Assembly (NCBI RefSeq): GCF_009914755.1
Contig: NC_060927.1
DNA: 64,000 nt
Strand: one strand, 5' to 3'
Source: the human T2T-CHM13v2.0 reference genome, Homo sapiens
Part shown: positions 42,401 through 55,906 of the stretch, piece after piece
Numbering within the stretch: the first letter of the stretch is position 1
Layout of the letters: every line of letters begins with the position of its first letter
Translations under genes and position numbers: made by a program
The notes under the pieces: generated by a model
Databases searched by the model: none
What the model was told of the DNA's origin: nothing
What the model saw: the letters and a program-made list of their open reading frames with translations, nothing else

Positions 42401-45245
42401 AAAAGAAATAAAATGTTGTGTTTTTCCTTCATGTTCACTCCATTATTCCATGAATTACATTAAACTTTGTCCCACACATGACCTTGAATATTTAACCACC
42501 TGCTCAATTTGATCTGGGAACACTCAGGCTTTGAAAAGCTGCCTGCATAAGACCTGACAAGAGTGTGCCTCCCAAATATGTAAAGTTTACTGCACAGGCT
42601 GAGGGAATGCGGGAATTGCTCAGCTGCCTGCAAGTGTTTCTGGTCCTGAAAATTTGGGAAAAATTGCTTGTAATGCAGTTAAAGGTTTTTAAAGCCTGGG
42701 CCTGTCTATATTTGAATAGTGTCATTTAAAATGAGATTTAGAATATTATTCTCTTAGTGGGAACATCTTTTTAAGGGAGACTGTATAAGAACTGCATAGA
42801 GAGAGTTTTGCCTCAACTTGTGGGTCATTGGCTTCCTTACATTTACTCTCTGGAGTACTTACACAGTGCAGACATCCATTAGAGAAATGGTGGAAATAAT
42901 ATATATTTCCACATGCAACACACACAGATATCCATATATATATAATAGTAGTTATTAGAAATACTGTTTAAGTCATATATTGCTGTTGACTTTGAGTATT
43001 TCCTTAAATACTTTTACACTTAAAGCAGATAGAAGATTATGACAATTTATCTCCTGATTTAAAAGTGCAGGTAACTTATATTTTAGTTTGTGTTTTTTGA
43101 GGTTTCTTAAAAGGTTAACAATTAAAGCACTATAGTTCATCTTATAAAAATATCTCTTTCTGATAGATCCAAAGCAGCTTTATAGAATCTATACATACCG
43201 ATTGTGTTGTCATCTTTTGTATTATAAAAGCAGCACTAGAAGACAAACACATTTAGAAAAGGAGAGCAGTTGACTTAAAGTAAGTTGTCAGTCTAACTTT
43301 AGGAGGACTATCTTGCCAAATAAAAACAAAGAAAAATAACATCAAGATTATATATCTTAAGAAGTTTATATTATTCTGTTATCGGTGAAAAAAACCAGCT
43401 AATTTATTTTATGATTATCACATTGGGAAGCGAGGGATAAAGCTGATTTTGATTGCGAATTAGGGATTAAAATGTACCTTCACGGCTTCATTTATTTGGA
43501 GGACCAGGTCTGACTTTGTTTACTTTGGTTTATCTCAGAGTTGGTTACGAGGTGGTGTTTTGTTTTCTTGTTTCCTGACTTGGAAGATGATATATACACT
43601 TACAGTGGTATAAGGGTGAAATATCAATTTTGCTTCCACAGTATCCAGACCAAATACATGCCTTTTTGATATTTATAATTTTATGAGTTAAAAAGAAAAT
43701 CACTTTCTTTCTCAAATGACTGGATGACCATGTCAAATCCAACCTAGCTTTTCAAATGATTTTTTAGTCTTTGAATCTACTGTATCCATGTGGTTCTGGT
43801 TATTAATTAACTTGAATTTGTCTTCCTCAAATAGTCAGACACAATGCTATGCTGCTGTTCCTAGAATGATGCTAAGCTTTACAGAGAGATTTTAATTTAA
43901 TACTAGTGAGTCCTTAAGTAGAAGTTTTCAAGTCAGCTTACAATGAATATTTTTACAGGTATGAATTCCTGAAGGCTTATTTATCCTTAAATGCTTTGAA
44001 CATATTCACTTGATCTGTAGAGTGAGAGCTAATCTATTTTTAGAGATCTTCTAGTAAAATGATTTGTTGCAGCTTGGATTATTTTTTCTTATTTTTTTAT
44101 GCCTTGAAAAATTGAAGAGAAAAGGAATATGTCATTGACTAGAATTCCAAAGCTCAAGGTACACTTATGGAAGTTGAAGTCAGTGACTTTTATAACTTAA
44201 GAGAAACACGCAGCAGGAATCCATTCTATTAGAGCACTTCAGTAAAGAATCACAGCGAGGCCATTTCCCCCTCTCAATTGCAATGTAAGAAATTCTGTGA
44301 AAATAAAGATCAGTTGTATAATTTTCATGTTTACCTTTGCTTTGTTCTTGCCCCTTAAAATTTATATTTCACTCCTTTACACATAAATGTGCCTGGTTCA
44401 GGGAAATAATTCTGTCTTCTATTTTTCATTTGAATTAATTTTATATGATTGCTTTGTATTAATTATATTTTTTCTGTTCCTTTCTTTAGTTGATGGTTTC
44501 TTTTTTTTTGTTTTTTTTTTGCAGTGAGTTATTTTATCAAAGTGAATCATTATTAAGGATCGTGTTTGTTTTCCTTTACTTAGATTTCCCTTTCTTAACA
44601 ACCACTCATGTGGTTACATAATATTGCTACATCAATTGATTTGCATGTCAATAGTAAAAGTATATTCATTAGATATCTTGCTTTTTCCTCCTTTCCACTC
44701 AATATTTTTTTGAAATTCTTATTACCGAAATCAATGCACCTAAAATTAGTGAAGAATTAGGTAATCATTTGTCCTTTCTTTATAATGAAAATTTGGCCAT
44801 TTATATGATACAACAAAAATATCAACTTTGTTTCAAATAAAAGTGAAAATATTTATCTTTCAATTTGAATAAATGTTAGGTCATTATTGGCACTGAGGGA
44901 TATAATCATACATAACTATATATGTACAATTATTCTAATTTGAATCAAAGTACAAATATTACTCTTGTCAACGCCATTTTTTTTTCTGGAGCTTATTAGG
45001 AATAGAACTGACTACAAGAGTTTGTTTAAAAGAGTATGACAACTTTTAAAATATACCTTTATTTATATTCAGCTACATGGCACAATGAAATATAGTTTTT
45101 ACCTTTAAAATGGATGGCATAATAAAATATTGAATTACATTATCGTGTCTAAATCAACCAATATTTAGAAAATTCTTGATTTATATATGAATTTTGGAGA
45201 ATCATTATTCATATGTCGAAATAAATCATATCAAAATGTGACCTA

Positions 45246-45472
45246 GGTGGAAATTGAACAATGAGAACACATGGACACAGGAAGGGGAACATCACACTCC
45301 GGGGACTGTTGTGGGGTGGGGGGAGGGGGGAGGGATAGCATTAAGAGATACACCTAATGCTAAATGACGAGTTAATGGGTGCAGCACACCAACATGGCAC
45401 ATGTATACATATGTAACAAACCTGCACATTGTGCACATGTACCCTAAAACTTAAAGTATAATAATAATAATA
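45246..45472 (+). mobile_element. Young 5'-truncated L1PA (L1PA3-like) 3' end
   Basis: Near-consensus 3' UTR with G-rich tract ggggtggggggaggggggaggg, (TAA)n tail, TSD core gtgaccta on both sides. Confidence 0.95.
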
Positions 45473-45574
45473 ATAAAGTGACCTAATGCAGAGGAAAGGA
45501 AATAAAGTGTAAATGCATATGTTTGTGTGCATGTGGGCATTTTAAATACATACATCATATTATAAAGAATACCT

Positions 45575-45577
<3 letters not shown>

Positions 45578-45628
<51 letters not shown>
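45578..45628. repeat. (GA)n microsatellite
   Basis: About 25 perfect GA units. Confidence 0.97.
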
Positions 45629-45630
<2 letters not shown>

Positions 45631-45669
45631 CCTATTCTGTTGCTAAGATCAGAAATATAATCTGAGTTC

Positions 45670-46429
45670 TGTCAACTGAAGAATGAAGATGTTCATAAAT
45701 TTGGAAAGGAGAGCTTTATTTCTTATGAAGAGTTGCAGCTTACAGGCTGGTTATCCCACAGGCTGGGAAGCCTGGGCTCTGGCAGAAGACAAGAGTAAGC
45801 ATTTCGAGGGGGTTATGAAAGGAACAGAAATTTATGCTGAGTGAGATGGCCAAATATACATATTGACTGTGCTATAGGAGGAATCACGAATATGGGAGGT
45901 GGGACATGTGCATGCACAATTGAGCTTCATTTGTCTTCACGGAAACCCATGTCCAAAAAATGCCATTGTCATTAGCTTGACCCATGCTAATGTCAAGCTT
46001 GGGTCGACGCTCAAACTTCAGAGCGTGTCGATGCTCTGACTTCAAAAGGTAAGGTAGAGGTTGCAAAAACCCTCATTGTGCACACTCTGTGATTTGGCCA
46101 AAACCAATCCAGGACGGTGGTCAGTTTTTAGGAAGGAGGCATTGTGAAACTGGTGAGCTGTCACCTCAAAACTGCAAAGAGGGAAGGGGAGTTCAGTGGA
46201 GGTCGAGATGATGGTTAGCTAAAGGCAATAAAGGAATGCATCATCCGTCTCTTGTTTTCAGAGCTGGCTTCTCCTTACTCCTTCGGAAATAATTTTGGTT
46301 AAAGGTTAATATGAAAAGAGAATACTGAGGCATGGTGAGCACCTATCCCATCACGGCCAGGAACTCAATTTTTAAGGTTACTCTAGGTCCCCTTGGCTTA
46401 GAGACTTAGGGTATTATTTTTATTTCTCA
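45670..46429 (-). mobile_element. ERV1 MER4-group solo LTR (subfamily uncertain)
   Basis: tg...ca termini. tgtcaactgaagaatg...gagagctttatttc (reverse polyA signal) ... ggtccccttggc...cttagggtattatttttatttctca. Near-TSD gttc/cttc. Confidence 0.8.
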
Positions 46430-46519
46430 CTTCGTATGTAGATTTGTTTGCTGTGAAATAAATTGGACTAGATATTTTTTAATAGAAGTTAACAAGAGAT
46501 TTTCATTCGGGCCATTTTT

Positions 46520-47560
46520 CATTCACTTATTTAACAAGAATTCATGGGTTCTTACTTTGTGCCAAGCACTATTTTAGATGCAGAGGGTAGAGCAGGGACA
46601 AAACAATTGTAGATAATTGTGAGTGCAAAGGAAAAAATAAAATCGCGAAAACATAGAGTTGCGATGTCAGATAGGGTGGCTTTGGAGGATAGCTGTAAAT
46701 TGTATCTGAGAAAAGAATATTTTAGCAAGTGGCAATATCTGAGATGATAGTGGGTATATTGTCTTTGAGAACAGAAGGGTCTGTTGTGTTTGATGCAGAA
46801 TAAAGGAGGGGAAGAAGAGTGGGCTAGTGATGTATTTATTCTCAGTCTGTTCACAAATCTGAATGACTGCTGCACACGTTTCATGTTTGTTGTAATATGA
46901 GCTGGAAATAAGATTCTGATCTGAAAATAGAGGGTCAACTTTAAACTTAGGTGGAGATATAAATGTTGTGATCCACCAAATAAGCCATTTTAAATAATGT
47001 TTTGAATTAATAATTCATTCAAACGAATACTACTGGGACATGGTTTATGTAACAAATAAAATGCTTTTTCAGTCACAATTAGAACAGATACTATGCCAAC
47101 CCTCACTAGCTGCCTATCTAGTGGGTGAGGTAGCTATACTATCAGATAATTTCAACAAATGATGTAGGAGACTGAAAGAGTGAGGTAGGTAAGAATGTTC
47201 TAATACTAGAGTATTCAGGGATGTTTTTCTGTATGACTAGTTGCATTCTACCATCAATCTTGAGGAATGATTGGGAGTTAATATAAAGAAAAACATAAAG
47301 AAAAAAATACTAGGGAGTTGCAGAGAAGGAAGAGCTGTGGTGAGATGGAGCTGAACACCTCTAAACTATTGAGAAACATTTGTAGCTGTTGCACAGAATT
47401 CCAGGAGTCAGAGAGGTTGGAAAGCTAGTTCAGGGTCAGTCCATGCAGAATCTACAGGCCTGTGAAGGACTCTGGTATTTTGACAAGTGGAAGCCAGATT
47501 TTAAGTAGAAAAGATAATACAATGAGATCTGCGTTTTGAAAAGATGCCTAAGATGTACAT
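46520..47560 (-). mobile_element. L2 fragments
   Basis: cattcacttatttaacaag...ctttgtgccaagcactattttagatgc; ttcattcaaacgaatactactgg...; gatctgcgttttgaaaagat. Confidence 0.6.
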
Positions 47561-48439
47561 TCTTGACTTTGAGTAGCTCTCGAGTTATGGGAAAGAGAAA
47601 CACGTACATAATATTCTTTCACAAGGCACATTAACAAGTTTTTGAGCACAGATAATAACATAGTAGAACTAAGAATGTTCAAATGCTATGCATTTAATGT
47701 CCTGTTCATTTTCCATTTACATTTGAATTTTTATAACTATGACATTCTATTTCTACTGTTTTATGAAGACTTTGAAAAAGAGCTGTAAAGCAGCACCTGG
47801 AAGTTTTTATTTATAAATGCAAGATTACTTAAAAGTGATGGGAAATTTTTGAATGGGTATTTTATGATAAAATCTGCAGCATTTATTTAAAGACAAATTG
47901 AATGAGATGATACATGATATCACTGACCTTCCACTCACTGCTGGGATATAGAAGTATGAAGATTAGTTGGTACCAGTTATTCTATGATTAACAAGGCTAC
48001 TAGAAGAATTTTTATTTTTAATTTTATATTTACATTGAGATAAACTTAAATTGAAATTTTGTTATTCTTGTTTTATAAAAACTAGTCTATTATTTATATC
48101 CAAACTTCAACATATGTGGGAAAAAACCCTAAAAGCACAAGATACCTAGTCCTTTATTGGCTTAACTTTGGAAATGGCTTGTCAACACTCCATCGCCCTT
48201 ACTAGCAAACTGTAGAAATTGTCAGCAAGCTTAGAAAAAATACAAATTGCTGAAATTTCAAACATTAACTGTCAAAGAAAAAGAATTTAATATGTGTCTA
48301 TGACTAATTTTAAATATATCTTCATTTTACCTTTTACCTGACTTTCAAAAAATTATTTCTGATTCTTCCACCTAACTTTTACCAAATTCTTATAACTAGG
48401 ATCATTCTTTGGATTCAGACCATCTCTCAAAGATCAGAT

Positions 48440-48660
48440 AATTATCATTTATTATTGAGTACATATTATAGCTAGTACTTTAAATATATAGTATTCTATT
48501 TAAGTATTATATCCATCTAATTGGAGAGCAATTACTTTCCACATTTTACAGATAGAAAACTCAAGTTCTGTAATATCATTTGTCTGATAAATGGCAAAAT
48601 TAGATCTTCAGCCCTGTCTAATTTACTCCCAAATCCATTCATCTTTATCATACTACCTTC
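48440..48660 (-). mobile_element. MIR SINE
   Basis: atcatttattattgagtac...ccacattttacagatagaaaactcaag. Confidence 0.65.
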
Positions 48661-49022
48661 CCAAGAGTCGCATTCAAGGGCTCTCACATTTCAGGGCCTG
48701 GAAGGTAAGATAGTGTAAAACTTCCATGTCTTCTTCTTCAAGAAATACTAAGTAAATTATCAGTGGGAAAACAGTAGAGATTGTATCATTTAAAGTTATT
48801 AACTACAATGAGGAAGATGAGAAGAGTTTCTAAGGGAATGAGTCACATCAGACATGATTGATAAAACAGAACGCTAACCAGGGAGAGACCTCGAGCTGTA
48901 TCATCAAATGGAGGAGGAGAATCATGGCCGTAGGTGGACTCAGACATATTGCTCTGATTTCACAGTAGATTGCATGGCCAACCTTTATGTCCTACAAATG
49001 TATTTGTATGGATACTGAAGAC

Positions 49023-49268
49023 CAAGTTATATCAACTTCAGTGCCATTGACATTTTGGCAGGAATATTCTTTGTTGTGGGAGACCAGCCTATGAATTGTA
49101 TAATGTTGTGTAATGAATACTGCAAATTGTATAATGAATGCTGCATCCCTGGCTTCTACCACCTAGATGCCAGTAGCATCTTGTCCCCCAGTTGTCACAA
49201 TCAAACATGTCTGCAGACATGCCCAAATGTCCCCTGGACAGCAAAATCACTCCTGGTGGAGAACATTG
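49023..49268 (-). mobile_element. MER20 with a short internal duplication
   Basis: cattgacattttgg...catccctggcttctaccacctagatgccagtagc...ccccagttgtcacaatcaaacatgtctgcagacatgcccaaatgtcccctgg. Confidence 0.9.
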
Positions 49269-50621
49269 TTTTTCTCTATTCTGAGCATTGCTTTCTAGAA
49301 TTATATATCTAAGAAATTTTGGGGTAAAGTAAGTCCAGTCTTATTAACCGCAGAATGTTATACAACATTTTCCAAAAAAAAAATATATATATAGTTCAGA
49401 ACCAGGGAAAATATTTTTACAAGTAGCCTGTGGCTCAGAGTTTGGTGATGGGCAGAACAGCAAACTAGGCAGATTATCCAAGAATTCAATTGGTGGGTGT
49501 GAGTGGAGCCCATTACAACTGTATGAGCTGAATATGCATTTTAATGTGCCTAATGATTTCTGAAAATCTTTTGCTATGATGCATTAGACTGGTCAATTTA
49601 AACAGTGATTGATCAAAGGAAAGAAATTGCATAGCCAATAAAATTGATGAAAAATGGAAAGAAATCAAGTACTAATCTTAGAAGAACTGTTTATGTGTAA
49701 CGTCCTCAAGAAATACTTATTATGAAGACGTATTCACTGCGTACTGTTAATTGTAAATTAAGAGTATAATACATACGTGGTTCAGAAATGGATAACTTTA
49801 AGAGGTTGTTTTAGTGGCTGGTTAACCAAACATTTATTTTAATGAACGATTGAAGCTGCAAATAGGAAATAATCTTGTAGTTAGTGGGTTGTGCTTACTG
49901 TGACATTGTCCAAAATCAACTGCAGGTTAGCACTTGGTCATTTCTGAAACACTTTATAATGTGACAATAGTTTTGTGTAAACTCAAACAAATGTAAATCA
50001 TTGTCTCAAGAGTCCTGTGAGACCTGTCACAATCTTTCCACCTGGACATCTTCTTTTACAGCCTCATTACACTTGCCAGTGATTCATGGGTGTTAGGCTT
50101 GACTGAGGAGGGTGGAAGGAGCTAAGGAACTCAGTATGCTATATTTCAACCATGCAAATGAGCATATTTCCCTGGGACTAGAAGGCAGCAATTCTAAAAG
50201 AAATGGATTAATCTTTGTCCATTCTTGTTATGCCTTTGTTGAGATTTTCAAAGTAATCCAAATACTTGAACAAGCATTTTCAGTATAGCATTGCATTATA
50301 TCTTTAAAGCTGGACAGAGAAATTTTGAAGATTATCAAGAAATACTCTTATGTGGGGAAATCATAGGGACAATAAGAGGCAGGGGCAATGTGTACAGAAT
50401 GGAAATAAATTAAAATCAACATCTGTTGGAAATCAGGTATGGCAAGTTGTGTCCTATAGCATAGTCTTTGACCAAGTTGTGTGTCAGTGAAATAAATTCA
50501 ATCTATTGGGATATAACAGGATCTAAGGCAACCCTGAAGTGATATTCATAACAAAGCACTCTTTCCTTAGATCAAGACTACTGATACTTTCTCTGATTAT
50601 TTTTATTCCAGGCCAATGTCA

Positions 50622-50623
<2 letters not shown>

Positions 50624-50688
<65 letters not shown>
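50624..50688. repeat. (TA)n followed by poly-T
   Basis: About 24 TA units then 16 T. Confidence 0.97.
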
Positions 50689-51539
50689 GGTGGAGGGGAG
50701 AAGACAAAGAAAAGGGAGGCTAGGATTCTCAACTCTACTAATAGTAAGCAAGTTGAGAAAACAATGTTTCATTAACTTTGTGTCTGCAGCCTTGTCCATA
50801 CTGCCTTGCATATTTTAAATGCTGCAAAAAATGTAACCCAAGATCTGTGAACACCAACATTTTCTTTTAAAATTAAACTAAATTACTATATTTAAACATA
50901 AATAGTATTCTATCAGGCAGATTATCAAATCTGTTTAAAAATCATACAATTAACTCTCCATTAAAGCATTCAAAATCATTTTTTCCACAATGCCATTGTA
51001 TTCAGGGCTTCTGATAATATAATAATGATACAATATATAAAATTAAGCTGAAAATGTGAATTTTCACGTATACAAAGATAAATACAAAATAATTTTTTTC
51101 ATTTTGGGAAATATCAAATAGAATGTCTTTGAATTTCTAGAATACAAGAGACTTCAATACATAAGCAGATTAAATATTATGGTTTTTTACTAAAGATAGC
51201 ATTGAAAACCATTGGCAAGCAGGACATAAAAAGCTTATATGTATTTCTCACAAAGCTTAGGACTTATAATACCAGTGAAACATCTACTATTGTTAGCTAA
51301 TAACACAAAAATATAAAATAAGTTTTTAAAATATATGTTCTATCCTATCAAAAAATAGCATCTCAGATGAAATCAACATTTAAAAATAGCTATAGACAAA
51401 TATAAGTAAAAACATAAAAGCTGACTTACACAAATCAAATTTGGCTCACCAGGTCAGAATTTTCTTTCTTATTTTTGGATTCATGTATCTAATTGCTGGT
51501 TGGTCATTACAACTTCTATAACATATGGATAGTTAAAAG

Positions 51540-52128
51540 TTAATATAACAAAAATGAGTTAATCAGTTTCCTTCTAAACTGGCCTCTCCTGAATATTTAT
51601 TGTTTAGTGCCATCGTTTAGAGTAAGGTAAATCTGTTTCACTTCCTCTCACAAATTCAATGAATCAAATTAATCACCAGGTCCTGTTGATTTTGCCTCCT
51701 AATTTTTCACGTATTTGTTTCCAATTCTGACACCCTTATTGCCACTGCCCTGGTCCGAATCCTCTTTACATTTTATTGAAGCATCACAAGAGTGTTGTTA
51801 CAAACTGGTGTTCTTAATTCTGAACTTGTTTCCTCAGTACCGTTGTGTATCTATTGTAGGTCTCACTGAGCCACTCCCTGGTTCAAAGTCATTCTGCAGC
51901 TACAGGGAACCATCAGCAGTGTGGCATCCTTCACATGCTAGTTCTCATTCCTTGCCTTTGCTCATGCTGCCACCTGCAGGTTTACTTCCCGCTACCCCAG
52001 CATACAGTCTATCATTTACAATTCTGCATTTAGTCTACTCTTTCTTGTCTGGACCATCAGAAAAAACGTGTGTCATAGCCATCTTTTATCCCAAGGGACT
52101 AGCATAGAATCTTGTTTGTAGTAGGTAC
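51540..52128 (+). mobile_element. L2 3' region
   Basis: aatcaccaggtcctgttgattttgcctcctaa...gccactgccctggtcc...; L2 tail gtaggtac|taaataatt is split by the LTR that follows. Confidence 0.65.
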
Positions 52129-52460
52129 TACTCAAAGATAAACTTAGACACATTAAAATTTTAAAGGGTTTATTTGAGCATTGAACGATTCATGAATTGG
52201 GAGCACAAGACTGCAAGCAGTTTAGCAGTGCTTGGTGGGGGCAGAGGCAGCAGCGAGAGAGGAACTTTTTAAATAATATTTTCATGGAAACAAGACAAAG
52301 GAAACATATTTCACTGGTCAGAGTGAAAAGTCCCTAGAAATTGGTTGGCAGTTTCTGATTGGTACACAGTCTCTAGTTTCTTTTTATTGTTTGCATTGGG
52401 CTTTGGAAAACTCAGGGGCTGCCTTAGCCTAATGGTCTCCAAATAAAATTGTTTTTAACA
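52129..52460 (-). mobile_element. ERV1 MER4-group (MER93-like) solo LTR
   Basis: aaagataaacttagacacattaaaattttaaagggtttatttgagc...gattcatgaattggg...tttttaaca. 4-bp TSD gtac at 52125-52128 and 52461-52464. Confidence 0.78.
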
Positions 52461-52559
52461 GTACTAAATAATTATTAAATGAGTTATCTGATCCATAATT
52501 GGCAAGCATGGTGATGGGCCTGTCATTTTAAGGATAACACTGGAAGCTTGAGCAAATAA

Positions 52560-52870
52560 TCTCCCAAATTAAGTGGTTCAACAAAATAGAAGCTTTTTTC
52601 TTCACTCCCTGATAGCCCAACATGAGCCTTGCATGTGAGAGGGTGGCTTTCTGCCATCTAGGATCTAAGTTCCTTTCCTCTTGCAGCATTATCATTGCAA
52701 AGCGTCCTGAAATCTGCTTCTGGTCAGCAGAGGAATGGGAGAAAATCGAGACCAGTCCACTTCTTAAAAATCCCACATTAGCAAGAATTAGTCACAATGC
52801 CATGTCTGGATGTAAGTGGAACAAAGGGATATAGTCAATTTCTGAGAAGCTACTTCCACAAAAATTTCCT
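52560..52870 (-). mobile_element. Old MLT1 (J/K-like) LTR fragment
   Basis: agtggttcaacaaaatagaag...ttctgccatc...cccacattagcaagaattagtcaca. Confidence 0.55.
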
Positions 52871-54608
52871 TTGTGTTAGTCTGTGGATAGATGGCCATCT
52901 CGACCACATGACTTAAGGAAGCAAGACATATGTATTGTATTTCAAAGGAAGCTAACATTTTCTGAATGTGTTGATAAAGAGTGGATTTCAGTTATTTGCA
53001 AAAGGACCTTTGGTAGAACAATTTATTACCAACAGCTCTGGAGGAGATTTGGGTTAGCATCAGCCTTGGGAATGCTTTTCTAAAGCAATTAAGCCCATAC
53101 AACTTTGGTTTGGACCTCCAGTAAGTGACAGGACCCGCCCAATGAAATTAGGCATATGGAATATCTCAGATCTCCCTGCAGTAATTACATTTCACCTTCT
53201 TAAAACCAGATGTTCTCCAGTACAGGGATAGCTATGTGTTTGCTGAAGCAGGTGGAGTGTCTCCAAACAGTTCTACTTTTCAGTAACTACAATTTGGAAT
53301 AAAAGAGGAAGTCTCTTTTCTACATTTCTAGTCCTCAAATTTTACTTATCAAAAACATCCTTTTTGAGAAAATTGCTAGATTTCTTCACATGAATAATCA
53401 AATAACTGTATCTGCATTTCCCCACACCTCCCCATTTGAAGCGTATAAAATTAAATGAAAAATTTACCCAATAGAGATAGGCAGGTGCTATATAAACACA
53501 TCTGTAGGTCATTTAGAAATTACTATCATCACTCTTTTCATTAAAGTGACATGCATATATTTAGAAACTGCTTTTCAAAAACCTAATGAAAGACTGTCCT
53601 TGATAACTTCTCTATACATTCACCTATAAGGCATTAAATTCCTTCACATAATGAGCTTCAGGATCTTGGTGAATGGGGGAGCAAGTTTCAACTTGTGCTC
53701 CCATTTAATCAAATAGGTAGATTGGAACTTTATTCTATTTGCTTATATTATTTATGCATTTGTTGTCACTGCAGGTGTTTAAAGGTACTTCTTTCACATT
53801 TTTAGAGTATTAGACAGCTGGAAATATTCTAACATCACATTCCCATGAATACTGATATTATTTTTATTGTAATATAAAAGGAAATATATAGTTAAAGGCA
53901 TATCAAAATTCAAACACTTACGAATGTAAGTTTTTCACTTGGAGAGTCTCAGGGCATCTCTATTGAGTTCATTGCATACTTTCTGCAAATCACTTGTGCT
54001 GACATGGTGTCATGGATAAAATCTAAATTTGTATATGAGATTTACAACAGCTGCTTTCTGAGTACTCAAAGTCTCCTTAGGGTCTGTCTTTTGGTCCTGT
54101 GTTCATGGAATCGCCGGGCTACACAGCACTGCACAGGAAGTAGAGATATAAACTTGTTAAGAAAATAATGGGTTTCTGTGATCATCTCAAGCACAATTTC
54201 CAAACTTCATTCTCCTTGTATAGAGTTTTACATACGGTCATTTCATAGTGTGCGTATACTGAGAAAGATAACCAATGTACATAATTTGCTGAAGCAGACA
54301 TCTGACAGAGGTAAATCAATGAGGTCATTTTTATATTGAAAACTGTGAACAAGTCCATGGAAACAAAATATAATGCAAACAGAATGGTAATGTCTGAAGA
54401 AAACACCTGTGGATTGCATCTATAGCATTTCCTGTTGAGCTGAGCTAAAATTAAAACCCCAAATACCCCCAAGTAATCCTTTCTGTAGCCACTGCTAACA
54501 ACTTTCAGTGTCATTTAAAAAAAAAAGGTTTAGTCTTTATACAAAACATAAAAATCTTAATAAACTTTCCACTATTTATTATGTAAAGACTGTGGTATTT
54601 TGATTTGA

Positions 54609-54921
<313 letters not shown>

Positions 54922-55877
54922 TTGATTTGACATCTTTATGTAGACAGTAGAAGCATTTGAGAGAGACTTCATATTTTATGTCTCTGGTTGTGTTCATTCT
55001 GCATTACCTTATCATTATAATATGTAACAACAGGTAATGCTAGAAAATGTTAAAACTGTTTTGGGGCCTAGCTATAACCCCTCCACTAAAATGGACATCA
55101 AAAGAGAGACTTATTTATGTTAAGGCTCTATTAAAATATATTTTTAAAGCACATGCTGTCTTTGTCTCATTAGAGTGATATTGCCGTTTTATGGCTAAAT
55201 GAATGGTTTTTAAGAGTATCTACTCCACAGAAAGCACTCTACTATATCAATTTTTATTTCTATAGCATGTTTATTTTTACCAATTAAATCTGGCAGTACC
55301 ATAGAAATGACAACAGAACTATGACAAAAATGTGCATTTATTTCTCATTTTTAGTTTACATTTCTGTTAAAAATCACGCCTGTTATATTTGAAGGTGAAA
55401 GTACAAGCTGGGTTTTCAAGAGGTGTTTTTCCTCAGTAGAATTATGTCACAGGGAAACACTATAGATATCCATCAAAGTGAAACCTACAAGGACATAAGA
55501 GCTCGTTATTAGTGAACATTGTTTGTAACCTTCAGAGGGCTTCAGCATTTCTGTCACAGAATGGCAAGCAGAATGAGAGATTAAAGCACATCATACCTCA
55601 AAATTAGCATCACTACATAAATTATGGCTTTTTATAAATCTAAAATGATCTATTTTTTCACTTTAAAGCAATGAATTACTACAGCCCCCAATCTTTGTAA
55701 TACAATGTTACAGTGGGTTCAAGTTCAGTTAGGTCAATGCTGGCTTCAGGTTAACATTATTGATTGAAACTTGCTAAAGCATCCTGGCAGACAGATGCAA
55801 TAACTTCGGTCAGGAAACGACGCCAAGGAACATACCCTTGTGGTTCTGATGCTTGTTCTGGATCATATGCTTGTTCC

Positions 55878-55906
55878 TACAACAACAACAACAACAACAA
55901 CAACAA
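55878..55906. repeat. (CAA)n microsatellite
   Basis: About 9 CAA units. Confidence 0.95.

Noticed and set aside
45301-45335. G-quadruplex motif
   Set aside because: It is the standard G-rich tract of the L1PA 3' UTR and not locus-specific.
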